Part shown: piece after piece, positions 24,510-37,664 of the stretch | Numbering within the stretch: the stretch's first letter is position 1 | How the letters are laid out: each line of letters opens with the position of its first letter | NCBI GenBank assembly: GCA_030264375.1 | Contig: JASCQW010000132.1 | Span: 81,283,860-81,347,859, forward strand | Reading direction: 5' to 3' | DNA length: 64,000 nt | Origin: Carcharhinus longimanus | Lineage: Eukaryota | Notes under the pieces: model-generated | Database searches by the model: none | The model's input: the letters and a program-made list of their open reading frames with translations, nothing else | What the model was told of the DNA's origin: nothing | Position numbers and translations under genes: made by a program

Positions 24510-26500
24510 ATGATCCAATCTACGTTCAGTCTCCTGAGTGTAGAGGAACAGTGAACAGTGAATATATTAGGATAAACTGAAAGCTGTACAAGTAAACCAC
24601 TGCTTCACCTGGAAGGAATGTTTCAGGCCTAGGACTGTGAGGAGGTAAAGAGGCAGGCATTACCTCTGAAAGCTACTTTGGGAAGGGAGTGAGGTGTTGG
24701 AGGTGTTAGAGGATTGGACCAGTGCGTCACAGAAGGAATAATTCTTTCAGAACGCTGATGGGAGGGGAATATTTGTTTGTTGGTGAAATCATGCTGGAGG
24801 TGATGTAAATGGTGAGAATGATTATTTGAATGCAGAGGCTGATGAGTGGAAAGTGAGGACAAGGGAAGAATATTGTGCTAATATAAAGGCAATATACTGC
24901 AGATGCTGGAATCTGAAACAAAAACAGAAACTGCTGCAATATCTCAGCGGTTCTGACAGCATCTGTGGAGAGAGCATAGAGTTAATGTTTTGAGTCAGGA
25001 TGACACTTTATCAGAGCTGTTTGACATTTTTCTAGGAAGGAGGGGAAAGGGTGAGAGATAGAAGTGCGGCAATGCATCGGGCACATTTGAGGGCCCTGAC
25101 AACCACACTGTTCGGGGGAATCCTTGGTTCAAGTAAAAGGAAGACATCTCAGAAATTCAAGGTGGAAGGTGACATCATCAGAATAGAAACAAGGGAGACA
25201 GAGAAACAGATGGGATCAAACAGAGTCTTTGCAGGAAGCAAAGTGTGAGGAGGTGTGGTCAAGGTAGTTGTTGGATTGGTGGGCTTGTAGTGAATGTTAG
25301 TAGACAGTCTATCCTCAGAAATAAAGGCAAGTTGTCAAAGGAGGAAAGTGTTGGAGCTGAACCATGTGAAGGTGAGAGGAGGGTAAAGATTGGAAGCAAA
25401 ATTGTTTATTTTTTCCAATTTTGCAAGTTAGCAGAAAGCGGCACCCATACAATCATCATTGAGTTGGAGAGAGAGTTATGGAAGGAGATCTGAGTTGCAT
25501 TGGAATAAGCAATGTTCCACATACACTACAAAAAGAAATTGGCATATCTAGAAGTATGCCATGTTATTGGCATAACATGTGGATACCCATAGCCACATCT
25601 TTTAGTTGCGACAATTGGGACAGGTTAAAGGAGAAATTGTTCAATGAGAGAAAAAGTTTATTCACGTGGGGGAGGGTAGTGGTAGATGGGGACTGTTTAT
25701 TAGAGCTGTCAGATGGTTCTGGTGGGGGAATGGAGGGATTGGCCATCCATGGTGAAACAGGAAGTGGTTATGGCCAGGATAATGGACCTTGTTGGAATGA
25801 CACTGGATGCCAAAAGAATCAAAAATGTAGATGGGAAGCAAGCAGATTTATTCTGAACCTGGTTCAGCCAGATGAAGCTGTCCTATTTCAAACTCACACC
25901 TGAACATCCACTCTCCGCAACAATTGTGTCACAGTACTTTTCTATTAATTTGAATGACAATTCCAATAATGACAATTTGGATTTAAATAAAAGCAAATTA
26001 CTGCAGATATTGCAATCTGAAACCAAAAGCAAAAATGCTGGAAAATCTCAGCAGGTCTGGCAACATCTGTAAGGAGAGAAAAGAGCTGATGTTGAGTCCA
26101 GATGATCTTTGTCAAAGCTCTGACAAAGGGTTGTCGGGACTTGAAATGTCAGCTCTTTTCTCTCCTTACAGATGCTGCAAGACCTGCTGAAATTTGGATT
26201 TAAATACTGCCTTTAAAGTAGAAAAATAAGGCAAGGGAGGAGTTGTTACAAGTGTTGACAAAAAAGTGTTTAAGGGTTTCAAAGGAGGAGAAAGAAGTGG
26301 AGATGTCCAAGGATTTTGGGTGAGAGGGAAGGGTGTGGAGGTATGTTGGGGGGGCAGAGGAATAGAGCATGGGGTCCAGATGGCTGAAGACATGGAAATG
26401 TTTGCAGAAAATACTGGAATCAGACAGAGGTGCAGGGGCTGGGGAGTTTGTGTGCCAAACAAACATTTCTGCAAGGACATATCCAATGGCTCTGCATTTT
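24510..26500 (-). mobile_element. Degenerate Penelope-like RT region with hairpin inserts (24884-25020, 25988-26195)
   Basis: SLNNFSFN..QLKDVAMGIHM resembles the Penelope RT motif NxFxF..Q.xGVAMG. Confidence 0.65.
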
Positions 26501-26872
26501 ATTCAAATACAGAATAGTTTTGAATAGTCAACTGACAGAATTAGCTTTAGTTAAATATTACATGATTAGAAGTAATGCAGTACACATTGATTTATATCAG
26601 CCACCAAATGAAAATGTGTGTTTAGGCAAACTGCTTACTCTGTCACTAGTGCATGTTTGTTTAGTACGAATAGCAGCCTAAAGGAAACAAACAGCTTAGT
26701 GTTTCCTTCAGATACCTGTGCATTGGATGTACTTACTTCAGAAGTTGTTTGAATGTTCAACTGTTACTCAAAATGCTCACTTAGCAACAGTGAAGTTCCT
26801 GAACAGAATGAATAAAAGCTTTGACGTGTGCCAATAAGCTACTCTGTAACATGTTTAATGTATAAAACTTAC

Positions 26873-26995
26873 TTCACAGATACAGTTAAACAAATCCCAG
26901 TCAAAATCAGTTAATTTGTTGGCCAATTGCCAGGTGTTCATTCCAAGCATTTGGATAGTTCGTGGTGGTATTTCATCGATTTCCGCAGTAAGAGT
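26873..26995 (-). CDS. RAPGEF5: RAPGEF5-like exon, start of CDC25 domain: TLTAEIDEIPPRTIQMLGMNTWQLANKLTDFDWDLFNCICE
   Basis: 'LGMNTW..A..L..FDW.LFN' motif. ttccag acceptor, gtaagt donor, 123 nt. Confidence 0.92.
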
Positions 26996-27560
26996 CTGGA
27001 ACAGAAACAGGAATATCAAATCAATAACTGCATGTGTGTCCTCTCCTGGATAAGCTATGAATACCTATGGCCCTGGAATGAAGCTGCAGAGTAATCAATA
27101 AAAAAAACTGATGCATTTGTCTGAAATTTCACTCTTTGCTGTCATAGGTGAAGCATTAACCCATTTAAAATGAGGAACTCATATCCCACTGAAGCATCAA
27201 AGAATGGAATTTCAAATTAATCTTGCTGGTATTATAATGCTGATGTGATGCCATACTGGTATAAGCAGGACAAGGAGAGGGCTAGATAAACTTGGCAAAA
27301 ATAATACTAATTTCGAGATGGAATGAAACATCTGTTATCTTTAGAAATTGGACATGATTTAGTGTTCAGTATTCTTCCTGCTTGTCCTTGATTGTGTAAG
27401 GCAGTCCAGTGCTCAGGCTATCTTTGGCTTCTAGTACAGCCACATTAACCTCTGTTATTGCATAAGTTATCATCATACAGCAGAGATCAGAGAGCAGACA
27501 GAGAAATCAGAAATATTGGGGCATGGTTTACTGTGCAAAAGTCAGAAAATTGTTTCTTAC

Positions 27561-27658
27561 CAAGAAATCAGTGGGATCTTTTTTACAAACAAAGAGACGA
27601 GTGGTGGGATCCAGAGATTTAAAAATGGATATGTCATCAGGTTGAAGAATTTGCTTTT
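27561..27658 (-). CDS. RAPGEF5: RAPGEF5-like exon: (E)KQILQPDDISIFKSLDPTTRLFVCKKDPTDFL
   Basis: Resembles 'EKHELQPNDLVISKSLEASGRIYV'. ttctag acceptor, gtaaga donor, 98 nt. Confidence 0.88.
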
Positions 27659-27868
27659 CTAGAAACAGGAAATAAAACTTGAATTAGAAATTGGGCAAAA
27701 TGACCATTTCAAATCTACAAATGTCAGAAGCAGCAATGGGTAAAATCACTCTTCAACCTGCATTGAAACAATCAACAGTTCCTAAAATTAGGAACCTAAA
27801 CTTAAATAGTAATTGAAGCATCATTTTGTGTTAAAAACTTCAGTTTGAAACGGGAAGAGGAAACTCAC

Positions 27869-28018
27869 CCTCAGTGGAAGTGACGATAGTAAGCAATAAG
27901 TCCTCTTCACATTGCTGGAGCTTTTCAGCCACAATGTGGAGAACCTGCCGTGCTGATGTTGACACTTTGGTTCGAAAGCTGACATATGAATGGTCTGCCA
28001 CATAGACACGGCAGAAAA
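27869..28018 (-). CDS. RAPGEF5: RAPGEF5-like exon (RA-like): FCRVYVADHSYVSFRTKVSTSARQVLHIVAEKLQQCEEDLLLTIVTSTE
   Basis: Family motif FCxVYxxDHSYV. cctgcag acceptor, gtgagt donor, 150 nt, phase 1-1. Confidence 0.92.
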
Positions 28019-28780
28019 CTGCAGGGAAAGTAAAAACAAAAGCTTCAGAATTATTCAATTCCCAACATTTAGGATTATATATGCAAAGCCTGCAGACAAT
28101 AAGAGAACATGGAATATGTTTCAGAAAGTGATAAACTTCACCATTTTCTGAGCGGTATCAAGTTACCACTATTAATACTTTTCATATACAAACACTAATA
28201 CGATACTAGAAAATGGAAATTAAATTTTCAGAACTATACCTTTCTGTAAGTTTCTGTTCTTTTTGATGTGTGGACAAAGGTCACAGTGAACCAATGGTAC
28301 ATCTTACCTCTGACTATTCTAAGGATGGGGTATGTATGAAGGGCAATGGGGGTGGGAAGAGGGACACCTGGGGATTATGATCAATCATGGGCAATTGGTG
28401 GACATCATAACACTGACAGAGCAGCTTTATAAAAAAATTGGAATTTGTGAAGGTTCTGCTTTTTTTTAAAGACTTTCTTTCAGGTTTGAAACTCTTCCTC
28501 TGGATGCTGAGGCACAGACAAACAACAAGAAACTCATTTTAGAGCAACAAAGTCCCCTCCCCATGCCCCCATACCAGCTAACCCCAGGCCCTGGTGTTTG
28601 GCACTCCCCTCTCACTGGGACCCTATGCTGGGTATATGAGGCTGCGGTGTGAGGGCTGGAGGGATATTGATTTTATTCTATTTTCACCTAGCTCGCTTCC
28701 AATCCAGCGGCCTCAAAACTGTTTCAGGGATTGGCTGGGGGGCAGGGGGGTGGGATTTGGTGGTGGGAGAGTCATAAAGT

Positions 28781-28986
28781 TTATAAAGTTTATTTATTTA
28801 CTAGTCACAAGTAGGCTTACATTAAAACTTCAAATGNNNNNNNNNNNNNNNNNNNNNNNNNNNNCACACTCTGTCCTGTTTGGGGACACTGAGGTAAAAT
28901 TTAGCATGGCCAATGCGCGTCTTTCAGACTGTGGGAGAAAACCGGAGCACCCAGAGGAAACCCACTCTGGCGCAGGGAGAACATGC
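28781..28986 (-). mobile_element. SINE, HE1-like core with alternative tail
   Basis: Tail gtcacaagtaggcttacattaa is shared with the 12844 and 45311 copies. Confidence 0.7.
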
Positions 28987-29269
28987 GGACTCAAAACTTG
29001 TCCTCCATAGATTGAAAATCTGAGTTTTCAGGGCATTTCTTCAGGAGTCAGGTTCTGGAGCCGGGAGTACTCTGACTCTACACCCAAATCAAGAGCAAAA
29101 AAATTCAGGCCTTTGCAACTGGTAAAACTTTCCAGTGGGCTCATCCGCCAAGGGGATCATGGCTGGGGGGACACGGACCATGCAAAAGGTACCCAAACGG
29201 GCTGGAGTGTGGCGAATAGGGCATTTTCAGTTGCTTCATTTGTCCTCAGATATCTCCTTCCAAACCAAC

Positions 29270-29342
29270 CTTCTCCAGCTTCAAATTCTTTAGGTTGTAA
29301 CCACTTCTCCCTGCAACTGAGTTGATGGAAAATTGTTGTGTT
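29270..29342 (-). CDS. RAPGEF5: RAPGEF5-like exon: NTTIFHQLSCREKWLQPKEFEAGE(V)
   Basis: Resembles 'NKALFHQFSLKENWLQ'. ttacag acceptor, weak gttggt donor, 73 nt gives the required phase 1. Confidence 0.8.
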
Positions 29343-30602
29343 CTGTAACCAAATAAAGGTGGAGTGTAAGGACAGAGAAATGATGCCATTGATTTCAAGA
29401 TACAATTATTCAGATTAACATTACTGAAGTAAGCAGTTTTACACATGTGTTACGAAAAGATTTTTCTTTCAATTTTGGCGTGTATGCACATATTGTAGGA
29501 TTTTATTCACTGTTATCTTATAGATGCACTGGCAAGGCTGTAAGTGATAGGCCAGCATTCCTCTTGAGGATGTGGACCAGAAAAACATTGTTGCACTGCA
29601 ATAAAATTGGTGACACATTTTTTGAAATCAATCTTTCTTACAGTTACCAAATTAAATGTCAAATCTAAACACCAAAGTTAGTTTATTATAATACATTGTA
29701 CATGCTTGTAACCGCAAGATGTGAATTTAATTTCACAGGCCTGAATAAGATATATATCATTTCCCAGAGAGCAACTGAGCAGGATTGTGGCAATGTGGGG
29801 GGAATTGTCAGTCACTGGCTGGCTCTGGCTAAGATCCAGTGAAAGTTTGGGGATAAGGAAAGCTAACTCTTCCTCATAAAGCCAGAGGTGTAAACTTAAT
29901 TGAAGATTTCTCAGAGAAATAAATGGGGGAATTCATCGTTGAATCCAGAATTCAGCCAGAAATCGGGATTCACCTGATCCATTCCATCGGCCCCAATCAA
30001 GTTCCCACCCATAGCAACCCAATTGTTATGCAAACTTTCTAATTGTAATACAAAATTATTTACAGCACTGAACCCCAGGCAACCCTACCCAATCTCTTCC
30101 TCAATCAGGACAAAATGGTCACTGCTTTCAGAATAAAAATAATGAGAAGTATGTTATAGATACTGTTTTCTTCCCTGAAATGCTTACACAACATCAGATG
30201 AATCATTTCTCAATCCCAGTTCTACTTCTGAGGAATTAGATAATAGTCAATGATTTGCTTTTAGAGACTCCTCATATCAGCTGTTTACAAACATTCCATT
30301 CTGAGAACACTGAAGTGGTGAAGCATTTGAAATGGAAGGAAAAAAATCCCTGTTGTCGGGGATTGAAGTGGCTAATTAAAATAATGTTAAAATGAGCAGT
30401 AAATTATGGTCAAGCAATTGTTAGATGCTCCCCACAATTATGACAAGCAAAGTTTAAATAAGCCCTATCCCCCACACCCCAATGATGCAGCAAGTAATAC
30501 AGTCACAAAACTCTAGGCTCTCATTCAGCGATGAATTCCCATTTTTTTCTGAGAAATTTCCAATTAATTTTATAGCATAACAATTATTTTTTACCCTATC
30601 CT

Positions 30603-30785
30603 TTAGTCCAGAGATGTGCAGGTTGGGTGGATTGGCCATGCTAATATTCCCCTTAGTGCCCAAAGATGCGTAAGTCATGATAAACGTGTGGGGTTACAGG
30701 GGAAAGAGGGTCTGGGTTAGATACTCTCTTAGACTCGATGGGCCAAATGGCCTCTTCTGCACTGTAGGGACTCCATGACTCTATC
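30603..30785 (+). mobile_element. 5'-truncated HE1-like SINE
   Basis: Core and tail motifs present. Confidence 0.75.
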
Positions 30786-31470
30786 CAAATTAACAATTTA
30801 AATAAAGTTAACAAACCATAAAGGAGGCCCTCAACTGCCAAAAACAAACACAACTGACAAAGGATGAGATTTATCCATTCTTAATCCAATTTTTAATGCT
30901 TCGTTTCCTCTTCAAGGGGAGTCCATGAATTATTTTGTTCAGAAAAAACTTTTCATTATAAATTCAGATCTACAGGTTGACTAAATATAATTTGCAGCTT
31001 ATTTCTCCCAAGCTAAATATTGAGAAATATTCCACACAAATGAGGTTGGGAAGGAATCACATAAAACAAAAACGGGGAAGAAACTTTGGTTTAACAGAAA
31101 ATAACAAATCTGAGGCTCTCAGTTTCTCCAAACACACAAACTTGTGGCTCTCCATCTGCTCCCACTCACAGTATATCTCAGCTGGTTCTATATNNNNNNN
31201 NNNTGATCACTTTGCCGGTGGCTTTGGAGTTTACATGGCCCCTGTATTCTACACCCACAGTTCTTTTCAGAGGGGGATCTGTGTGGTATCTCGCAATCGC
31301 TTTTCAATAAGCCACACAGCTAGGTGGTGCTGCAGTAACACACATCACCCATAATGTTCAAGGCACAAATAAATATATATCTAACTGCAAATTGAATGTA
31401 AGTATCAAGGTAGAAGGTTATTTTAAACTTTTTAAAACTAAGCATCTGCTCTTCCAAAAATGAAAGACAA

Positions 31471-31672
31471 GGGGTGGAATTCTATGGCCACCTCGTGGTG
31501 TTTTTCTCAAGACGGGAGGTGGCGTGTTATTGGCTGGTGGTGGGATCTTTTGGTCGCACCACGGGATTTTCCATTAACTTCACCCTACGTCGCTGGGAAA
31601 TCCGCAGCTGGAGTGCGCTGGAGAGCAGCACCAGAGAATCCTGCAGACGTGAACAACCAGAGAATTCCGGCC
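31471..31672. mobile_element. MITE with GGGyGGAATT-type TIRs
   Basis: ggggtggaattct ... agaattccggcc. Confidence 0.6.
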
Positions 31673-31970
31673 AAGGTCTGACTAATCCTGGGATGGATTT
31701 TGAAAAAAAATTAAGAGTTTCATCATTTTCTGTGCAGGTGTAAAGGTCGATTCAGAATGTTAACTGAGTACTGGCAATTTCACTTTTCCTGCGGAAAAGT
31801 GGGTCATTGTCTTGCCCAGTGAAGACATGCCCTATTCATAATTTTAAACCTACATGGTGTTCCAGTGGAAGTTTCTGGAACTACCTTTTATATTTTAAAA
31901 TGGATAGTTCCAAGCTGGTTAAGATGGCTGCCAAAAGATCAGGTGACCATTGCAGCATACCTCAAACTAG

Positions 31971-32107
31971 CGGCTGGAATTTTCTGGCCGTTCACACCTT
32001 GCCATCGCTGTGAATGAGGACAGAGAATTTAACGCTCAGCCAAATCTCTGTTCACTGCAGCAGAACCAGAAATATCCTTCGACATGAAGGGATGGAAAAT
32101 TCTGCCC
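31971..32107. mobile_element. MITE, same family at 47786-47920 and 42035-42155
   Basis: ggctggaattttctggccgttcacac ... gaaaattctgccc. Internal gctcagccaaatctc..ttcactgcag is shared between copies. Confidence 0.65.
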
Positions 32108-32199
32108 AACAATTCTTAAGCCTTTTCAATCCTGCCTTTTAGCATTTCGGCAATTTCCTGGAAGGATTTGCTGAGGATTAGAGCACATTAACCCTCATT

Positions 32200-33600
32200 T
32201 ACAAGGTACTGGTGTTCTGCATCGGATCAATCGGGATAGTATATTCTGCTAATGGAACCTCCTCTGAAGAGAGATGTGGGAGGCAGAAGAGGCTAGGTGT
32301 GTGCAGGCAGCATCCCAGGGAGAGACCTTTAAGTGGAGAGTCATGGACTGTGTTGGTGCAGGGCCAGCAGGGAGTCCAAGGCAGGCAGTACACTGCAGAT
32401 ACCATTACGCAGCAGCTAGAGCGTACAGACAGTGCTCTGACTATCTCTAAATGTCGGACCTCTAAATGTCCAGTGCGGCAGGCTACACCTCTCCAGGGCC
32501 ACAGTGACAGCAATTTATGACATGATAGTCTCAAAATTACCTCCAACTACACCGGTGGTCACTTTGCCGGTGGCTTTGAATTTTACATGACCCCCGTATT
32601 CTACACCCCCAGTTCTTTTCAGGGCTCAGAGGGTGATCTGTGCGGTATCTCACAATCGACTGCACACAGTTGTGTCAGGCTAGTGACTGATGCCATCTTT
32701 AGACACAGTTGCATGTTCATTAACTACCAGATAGATGAGTGCAGCAATGGAGAGAGCACAAGGGTTCACAACATTGGTCGGCTTCCCCACATCCAGGGTG
32801 TCATTGATTGAACTCAGCAGGTAAGCTGGGAGCTTTCATAAACAGAAAAGGATTCCACTTGATGTGTAGTTTGTCTGGGACCACAGGGCACAGATTCTTC
32901 AAGTTATGTGCCGTTACCCAGGGACCTCATATGATTCTTACATCTTCCAGGACTCACAGATACCAAGGCTGTTCATGAATCCTGCACGATTGGATGGATG
33001 GCTGCTGGGTGACAAGGGCCTCCCTTGGAGAGATGATGTGGAGATGCCGGCGCTGGACTGGGGTGGGCACAGTAAGAAGTCTCATAACACCAGGTTAAAG
33101 TCCAACAGGTTTATTTGGAATCATGAACTTTCAGAGCGCTGGTCCTTCATCAGATGAGTGACAGTGAAGGGGTAGCTGATGACCCCATTCCGTCACCCAA
33201 GAACTGAGGCAGAGATATAGTGGGAGTCATACACCCACAAAGAGTGGTGGTGAAGAGGGCCATTGGACCACTGAAGATGCACTTTAGGTGTCTGGACTGA
33301 CTCAGGGGAGCATTGCAGTAATCTCCGGAGCATGTCCCCATGGCATGCTGCATTCTGCACAATCTAGCGAGGGGGGACCCAGTGGAGGCCAAGGAAAGTG
33401 AGGCAGCTCCACAGACCAGGGAGGATGACTAGAGTGATGAGTCTGAGGAAGAGCTGGAACAACATAGGGTGAGGATATCAAGCCAGACAACAGGGACATT
33501 CAAGAAGGCAGGGATGATTTGATCCAACAAACTTTCAAATGAGAATCCAAGGCATTGAGGCTTACTCAATCCTCTTTCCTTGGCAAAATGTCATTAAATG
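32200..33600 (+). mobile_element. PIF/Harbinger (HARBI1-like) transposase remnant with nested Penelope end (~33036-33160)
   Basis: SSFQG..GDLCGISQSTAHSCVRLVTDAI, PHIQGVID, FINRKGFH, YPG..YDSYI, GWLLGDKG and ACCILHNL motifs, with frameshifts and stops. Confidence 0.88.
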
Positions 33601-34217
33601 AGAGCCCAGCCCAGATCTCCAGGACCTCACAACAGTCACAGGCCTGTGCTGCATCTGGATACTATTCAAAGCATGCAACCAACTCAGCCTACAGGAATAA
33701 ACAAAATGTTTATGACACTTCACATGAACAAAAAAAGAACAAAGTTACCAAGTCTTAAGTAAACTTTGAAATATTGAAGACAAATAACACCCCTGTTATG
33801 CTCAAGGTGCTTTAAACTTATGCCTGTGGGACTGTGTCTTGATGCATTCTAAAAGGTATACACTGCAAAAAGTACTCCCTCGCCTAACTCATGATAGATT
33901 AAGTAATTCTGTCGTATTGCTTCTGTTGTTTTAGCATATCTATATGTTATTTCTCTTCCCACATCTAGTGGTGCACAAGGAAGGCAGACATTCATCTGAT
34001 TGTGTAGTTGATTTTTCTTGGAACAGGCCACTACCCTGTCTCAGAGGCTTACAGTCTACAGCCAATCTGCATTAAGCATGGCTGACCAGGAGTTTCTCCA
34101 GTTCTTACTACCTGCCATTGACATGCATTGAAAGGATATTGCAGGTTAATATTCAACCTTTTGGCCATGTTATAAATGCACTTTCCTAGGCCATCAGGTC
34201 CTGGAGTAGAAAACAAA

Positions 34218-34536
34218 TGATGTGGAGACACTGGCGCTGGACTGGGGTAAACACAGTGAGAAACCTCACAACACCAGATTAAAGTCCAATTAATTTATTT
34301 GGTAGCACAAGCCGGAACACTTTCGGAATGCTGACCCTTCATTAGGTGAGTGGGAGTTCTGTTCACAAACAGGGTATATAAAGACACAAACTCAATTTAC
34401 AGAATAATGGTTGGAACGTGAGTCTTTACAGGTAATCGAGTCTTAAAGGTACAGACAATGTGAGTGGAGAGAGGGTTAAGCAGAGGTTAAAGAGATGTGT
34501 ATTGTCTCCAGACAGTACAGTAAGTGAGGTTTTGCA
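34218..34536 (-). mobile_element. Penelope-like 3' repeat fragment
   Basis: Matches the 4515 and 37665 copies. Confidence 0.75.
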
Positions 34537-34637
34537 ANNNNNNNNNNNNNNNNNNNNNNNNNNNNNNNNNNNNNNNNNNNNNNNNNNNNNNNNNNNNNNN
34601 NNNNNNNNNNNNNNNNNNNNNNNNNNNNNNNNNNNNN

Positions 34638-35779
34638 GGTTTGGGAGACTTGCTTTTCCTCTGCAACCTGACACTGGCAACCATAGCAACATCGTGTCGG
34701 GCGGGGCTCTACAGGAACTGCTGTCACTTTGGGCTTAACTTGACCTTGTCTAGGTGCAGTTCTATAGGCGGACTTGGGCTCCCTCATATCCGAATCCTTC
34801 CGGAGGGCCGCTATGTAATGGCCTGCCCCGTAGTGGTAGTCCCCTAACTCAGTCTCTCTCAAGTTGGCCTCTATCTCCATTGGGATACCTTGGAGCTCAT
34901 GCACTCCGCTTGCCGCTTTTTCTAAAGACAAAGCCAGCTGTAGTGCCTGTTTACAGTCCAGCTGAGCCTCCGTGAACATGCTTTTCTGTATAGTCATCTT
35001 GTTAATTCCACACACCAATTGGTCTCAGAGCATTTCATTTAGTGCCCCCCACCACTGCCCCCTCGCAAATTCACAAGCCTCCGCCAGACATCTTAGCCTT
35101 GTTAGGAAACTGGTGATTGACTTCCCGTTTCTCTAAATGAGGAGTAAAAACAGTACCTCTGCAGGATCAGGAGAGGCTTAAGATCATAATAGTTTTGAAC
35201 TAAGTTTGACAACTCTTGGAAGGAATTTGTGTCTGCTGCTTCCAGGAAAGTTAAACTACGCATAATCACAAAAGCTGCTGGTCCACACGGTCAGCAGGAC
35301 ATCTCTTTGCTTCTCATCTGAGGTTATGTCGTTTGCCCTGAACAAATACTTCATCCCTTCCACATATTGGGCCCAGTCCTCCGCTGCATGGTCAAAAGAG
35401 TCCAACTTCCCAAAAAACGGCATATTTCCTCAGCAATGGTTTTCCCTCAATATGTGCAGTGGTTCAGCAAGTTCCCTCAGGTCACTCCTTTTTCCTCGTC
35501 CCCAGTGTAATAACACCACAGAGCCGAAAGTCCCATCACCAAGTTACTTTATTTACACCATACATTGGTACACAGTCAGCTCTCCAGTTGCTCCCTGCTG
35601 AATGCAGGCTAGGAGTCTGACACACCTGCTTTAAATAGGGAGCATGAGGCTCCCTGATTTAACCATCAATTAGGATTCATCAGGTATTCTTTTGAATACC
35701 AAACAAATAAACTAACTCAAATTAACTTAAGTTCATACTCTAGCAAGCCAACCTCATTAGCCTGGCTGAAGTTATCACA
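34638..35779 (-). mobile_element. Gypsy LTR retrotransposon 5' part: LTR 35506-35779, PBS ~35490-35505, degenerate gag from ATG 35423
   Basis: LTR ends tgtaataac / gttatcaca, with TATTTAAA and AATAAA inside on the minus strand. PBS-like CTGGGGACGAGG. gag reads MPFFGKLDSFD..EDWAQY and DQLVCGIN..IQK..ALQLALSLEKA. Confidence 0.85.
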
Positions 35780-35799
35780 GGTCCCCAGATGAACTTCTG

Positions 35800-36430
35800 A
35801 GTTTATATTTCTGTCATCACTAAGACTGCCTATTTACATCTGTTTGACATCACCCCACTTCACAACATATCTGCTGCTGAAACCCTCATTCATGTCTTTG
35901 TTACCTTTAGGCCCAATATTCCGACATGCTCCTGTATAGTCTCCCACATTCTATCTGAAGTAACATGAGGTAATCCAAAATTTTGCTGTCCATTGCAAGA
36001 AATCCTGTTCTCCTATCATGTCTCGGCTCATGGACCTACTTGGCTTCTGGTCAAGCAGCACCTTGACGTTAAGGTTTGCATCCTTGTTTACAAATTCCTC
36101 CTGTCTCTGTAATTTATTCTAGTCCCACAGCCCTCCATGATATATATGCTCTCTTATTATAATGTCTTGTGCATTCCCAATTTTAACTGTTACACCATTG
36201 GTGAATGTGTCTTCTATGTCTTGGCCGCAAGCTCTGAAATATTCCCCACATCTCTCTGCCTCTCAACTTCACTTTCTTTCATTAAGACACTCTTTAAAAA
36301 CTTACTTTTAACCACACTGGTCATCTGATGTAATTTTTCCTTAAGTGGCTCCGTGTCGCATTTTGTTTTATCAAGCACGTTGGGCATTTCATTCCCTTAC
36401 AGACATTATGTTAGTGTAAGTAGCTGTTGT
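35800..36430 (+). mobile_element. L2-type LINE 3' fragment
   Basis: tctgctgctgaaaccctcattcatg (AETLIH), aaggtttgcatccttgtttacaaa and a typical L2 3' end. Confidence 0.7.
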
Positions 36431-36670
36431 TGTTTGCGTTCTCTTTTTATGGGTTCACAACTCAATAGGTTCATTATCCTAAAGATGATGCCAACTCTTT
36501 GTGCCAGCCACCCTATTAGTAAATATAGCATCCAAAGTCAGTCAGTTTGTTTAAACCTGAAGGCTCTGGAACCCTCTTTTAAGGCCATAAAATTCTCATA
36601 ACAGCAACAACAGCCAAGTAGTGCAGTGGGGCAACATTTGGTTGCCAATAACAAAAATAAATTGAAAATT

Positions 36671-36977
36671 AGCACCACTGCCTCACGGTGCCAGGGATGT
36701 GGGTTTGATTCCCGGCTTGGGTCACTGTCTGTGTGGAATCTGCATGTTCTCCCCATATCTGCACGGGTTTCCTCTGGGTGCTCTGGTTTCCTTCCACAGT
36801 CCAAAGATGTGCGGGTTAGGCGAGTTGACCATTCTAAATTGCCCCTTAGTGTCAGGAGGACTAACCAGGGTAAATGCATTGGGTTATGCGAATAGGACCT
36901 AGGTGGGAATGTGGACAGTGCAGACTCAATAGGTCAAATGGCCTCTTTCTGCACTGTAGAGTTCTATGATTCTATGA
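36671..36977 (+). mobile_element. HE1-like SINE
   Basis: Core plus (ttctatga)n tail. Confidence 0.85.
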
Positions 36978-37664
36978 TGACGTTAATTATTGATGCCTCC
37001 ACATTATGAGACACAGAAGTGGATAAAAATATTTTGTTTGGTTTATGTTTAAGAAATTTTAATCCCTCTAGTACTTAACTGTCCAGTTCAAAAGCAAAGC
37101 AACTTAATCTCAAAAGTCCACTGATATCATTATCAATTCTCACAGAAAGGAAACACGACTGGCAATGACAACATTTGCTTCCTCTCTTCCAAAGTCTGAT
37201 GTGCAACTCCTGAAACAGTATCCACTAACTTTCTTTGATCACTGCACTGGGACAGACTGAAGCAACAGGTTATCCAACACACAGTTCTGTGGAACCCCTA
37301 CTTATGAGAAAGAGACTTTAACCATCACACACTACTTTCTAAAACAGAGGCAGTTTTCCAAAGACTAACTGATTGTCCATTACCTTCTGGGTCTTTGTGT
37401 CACGTTTCCTTTTGCCTTCCAGTATGCTTCCTTCTGTACTTCTAATGTAAAGACAAAACAGAAAAATTGTAGTTCTGACTTTCTTTGCAAAATATACTTA
37501 AGCATGTAATGGCTTCTGGTACTGAAGTGGTTAATGTATGTGCACAAAATTCTATTGCACTTTATTTTATAGTATACTTGCTAACTTTTCAAATCAACAT
37601 CAACAAACGTCTTTAATTTACTTTTACAGCATTTTCACATTAAATTGAATCTCTTAGTTTTCAA

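Noticed and set aside
32587-33157. Domesticated HARBI1 gene
   Set aside because: Multiple stops and frameshifts plus a nested Penelope insertion indicate a transposon fossil.
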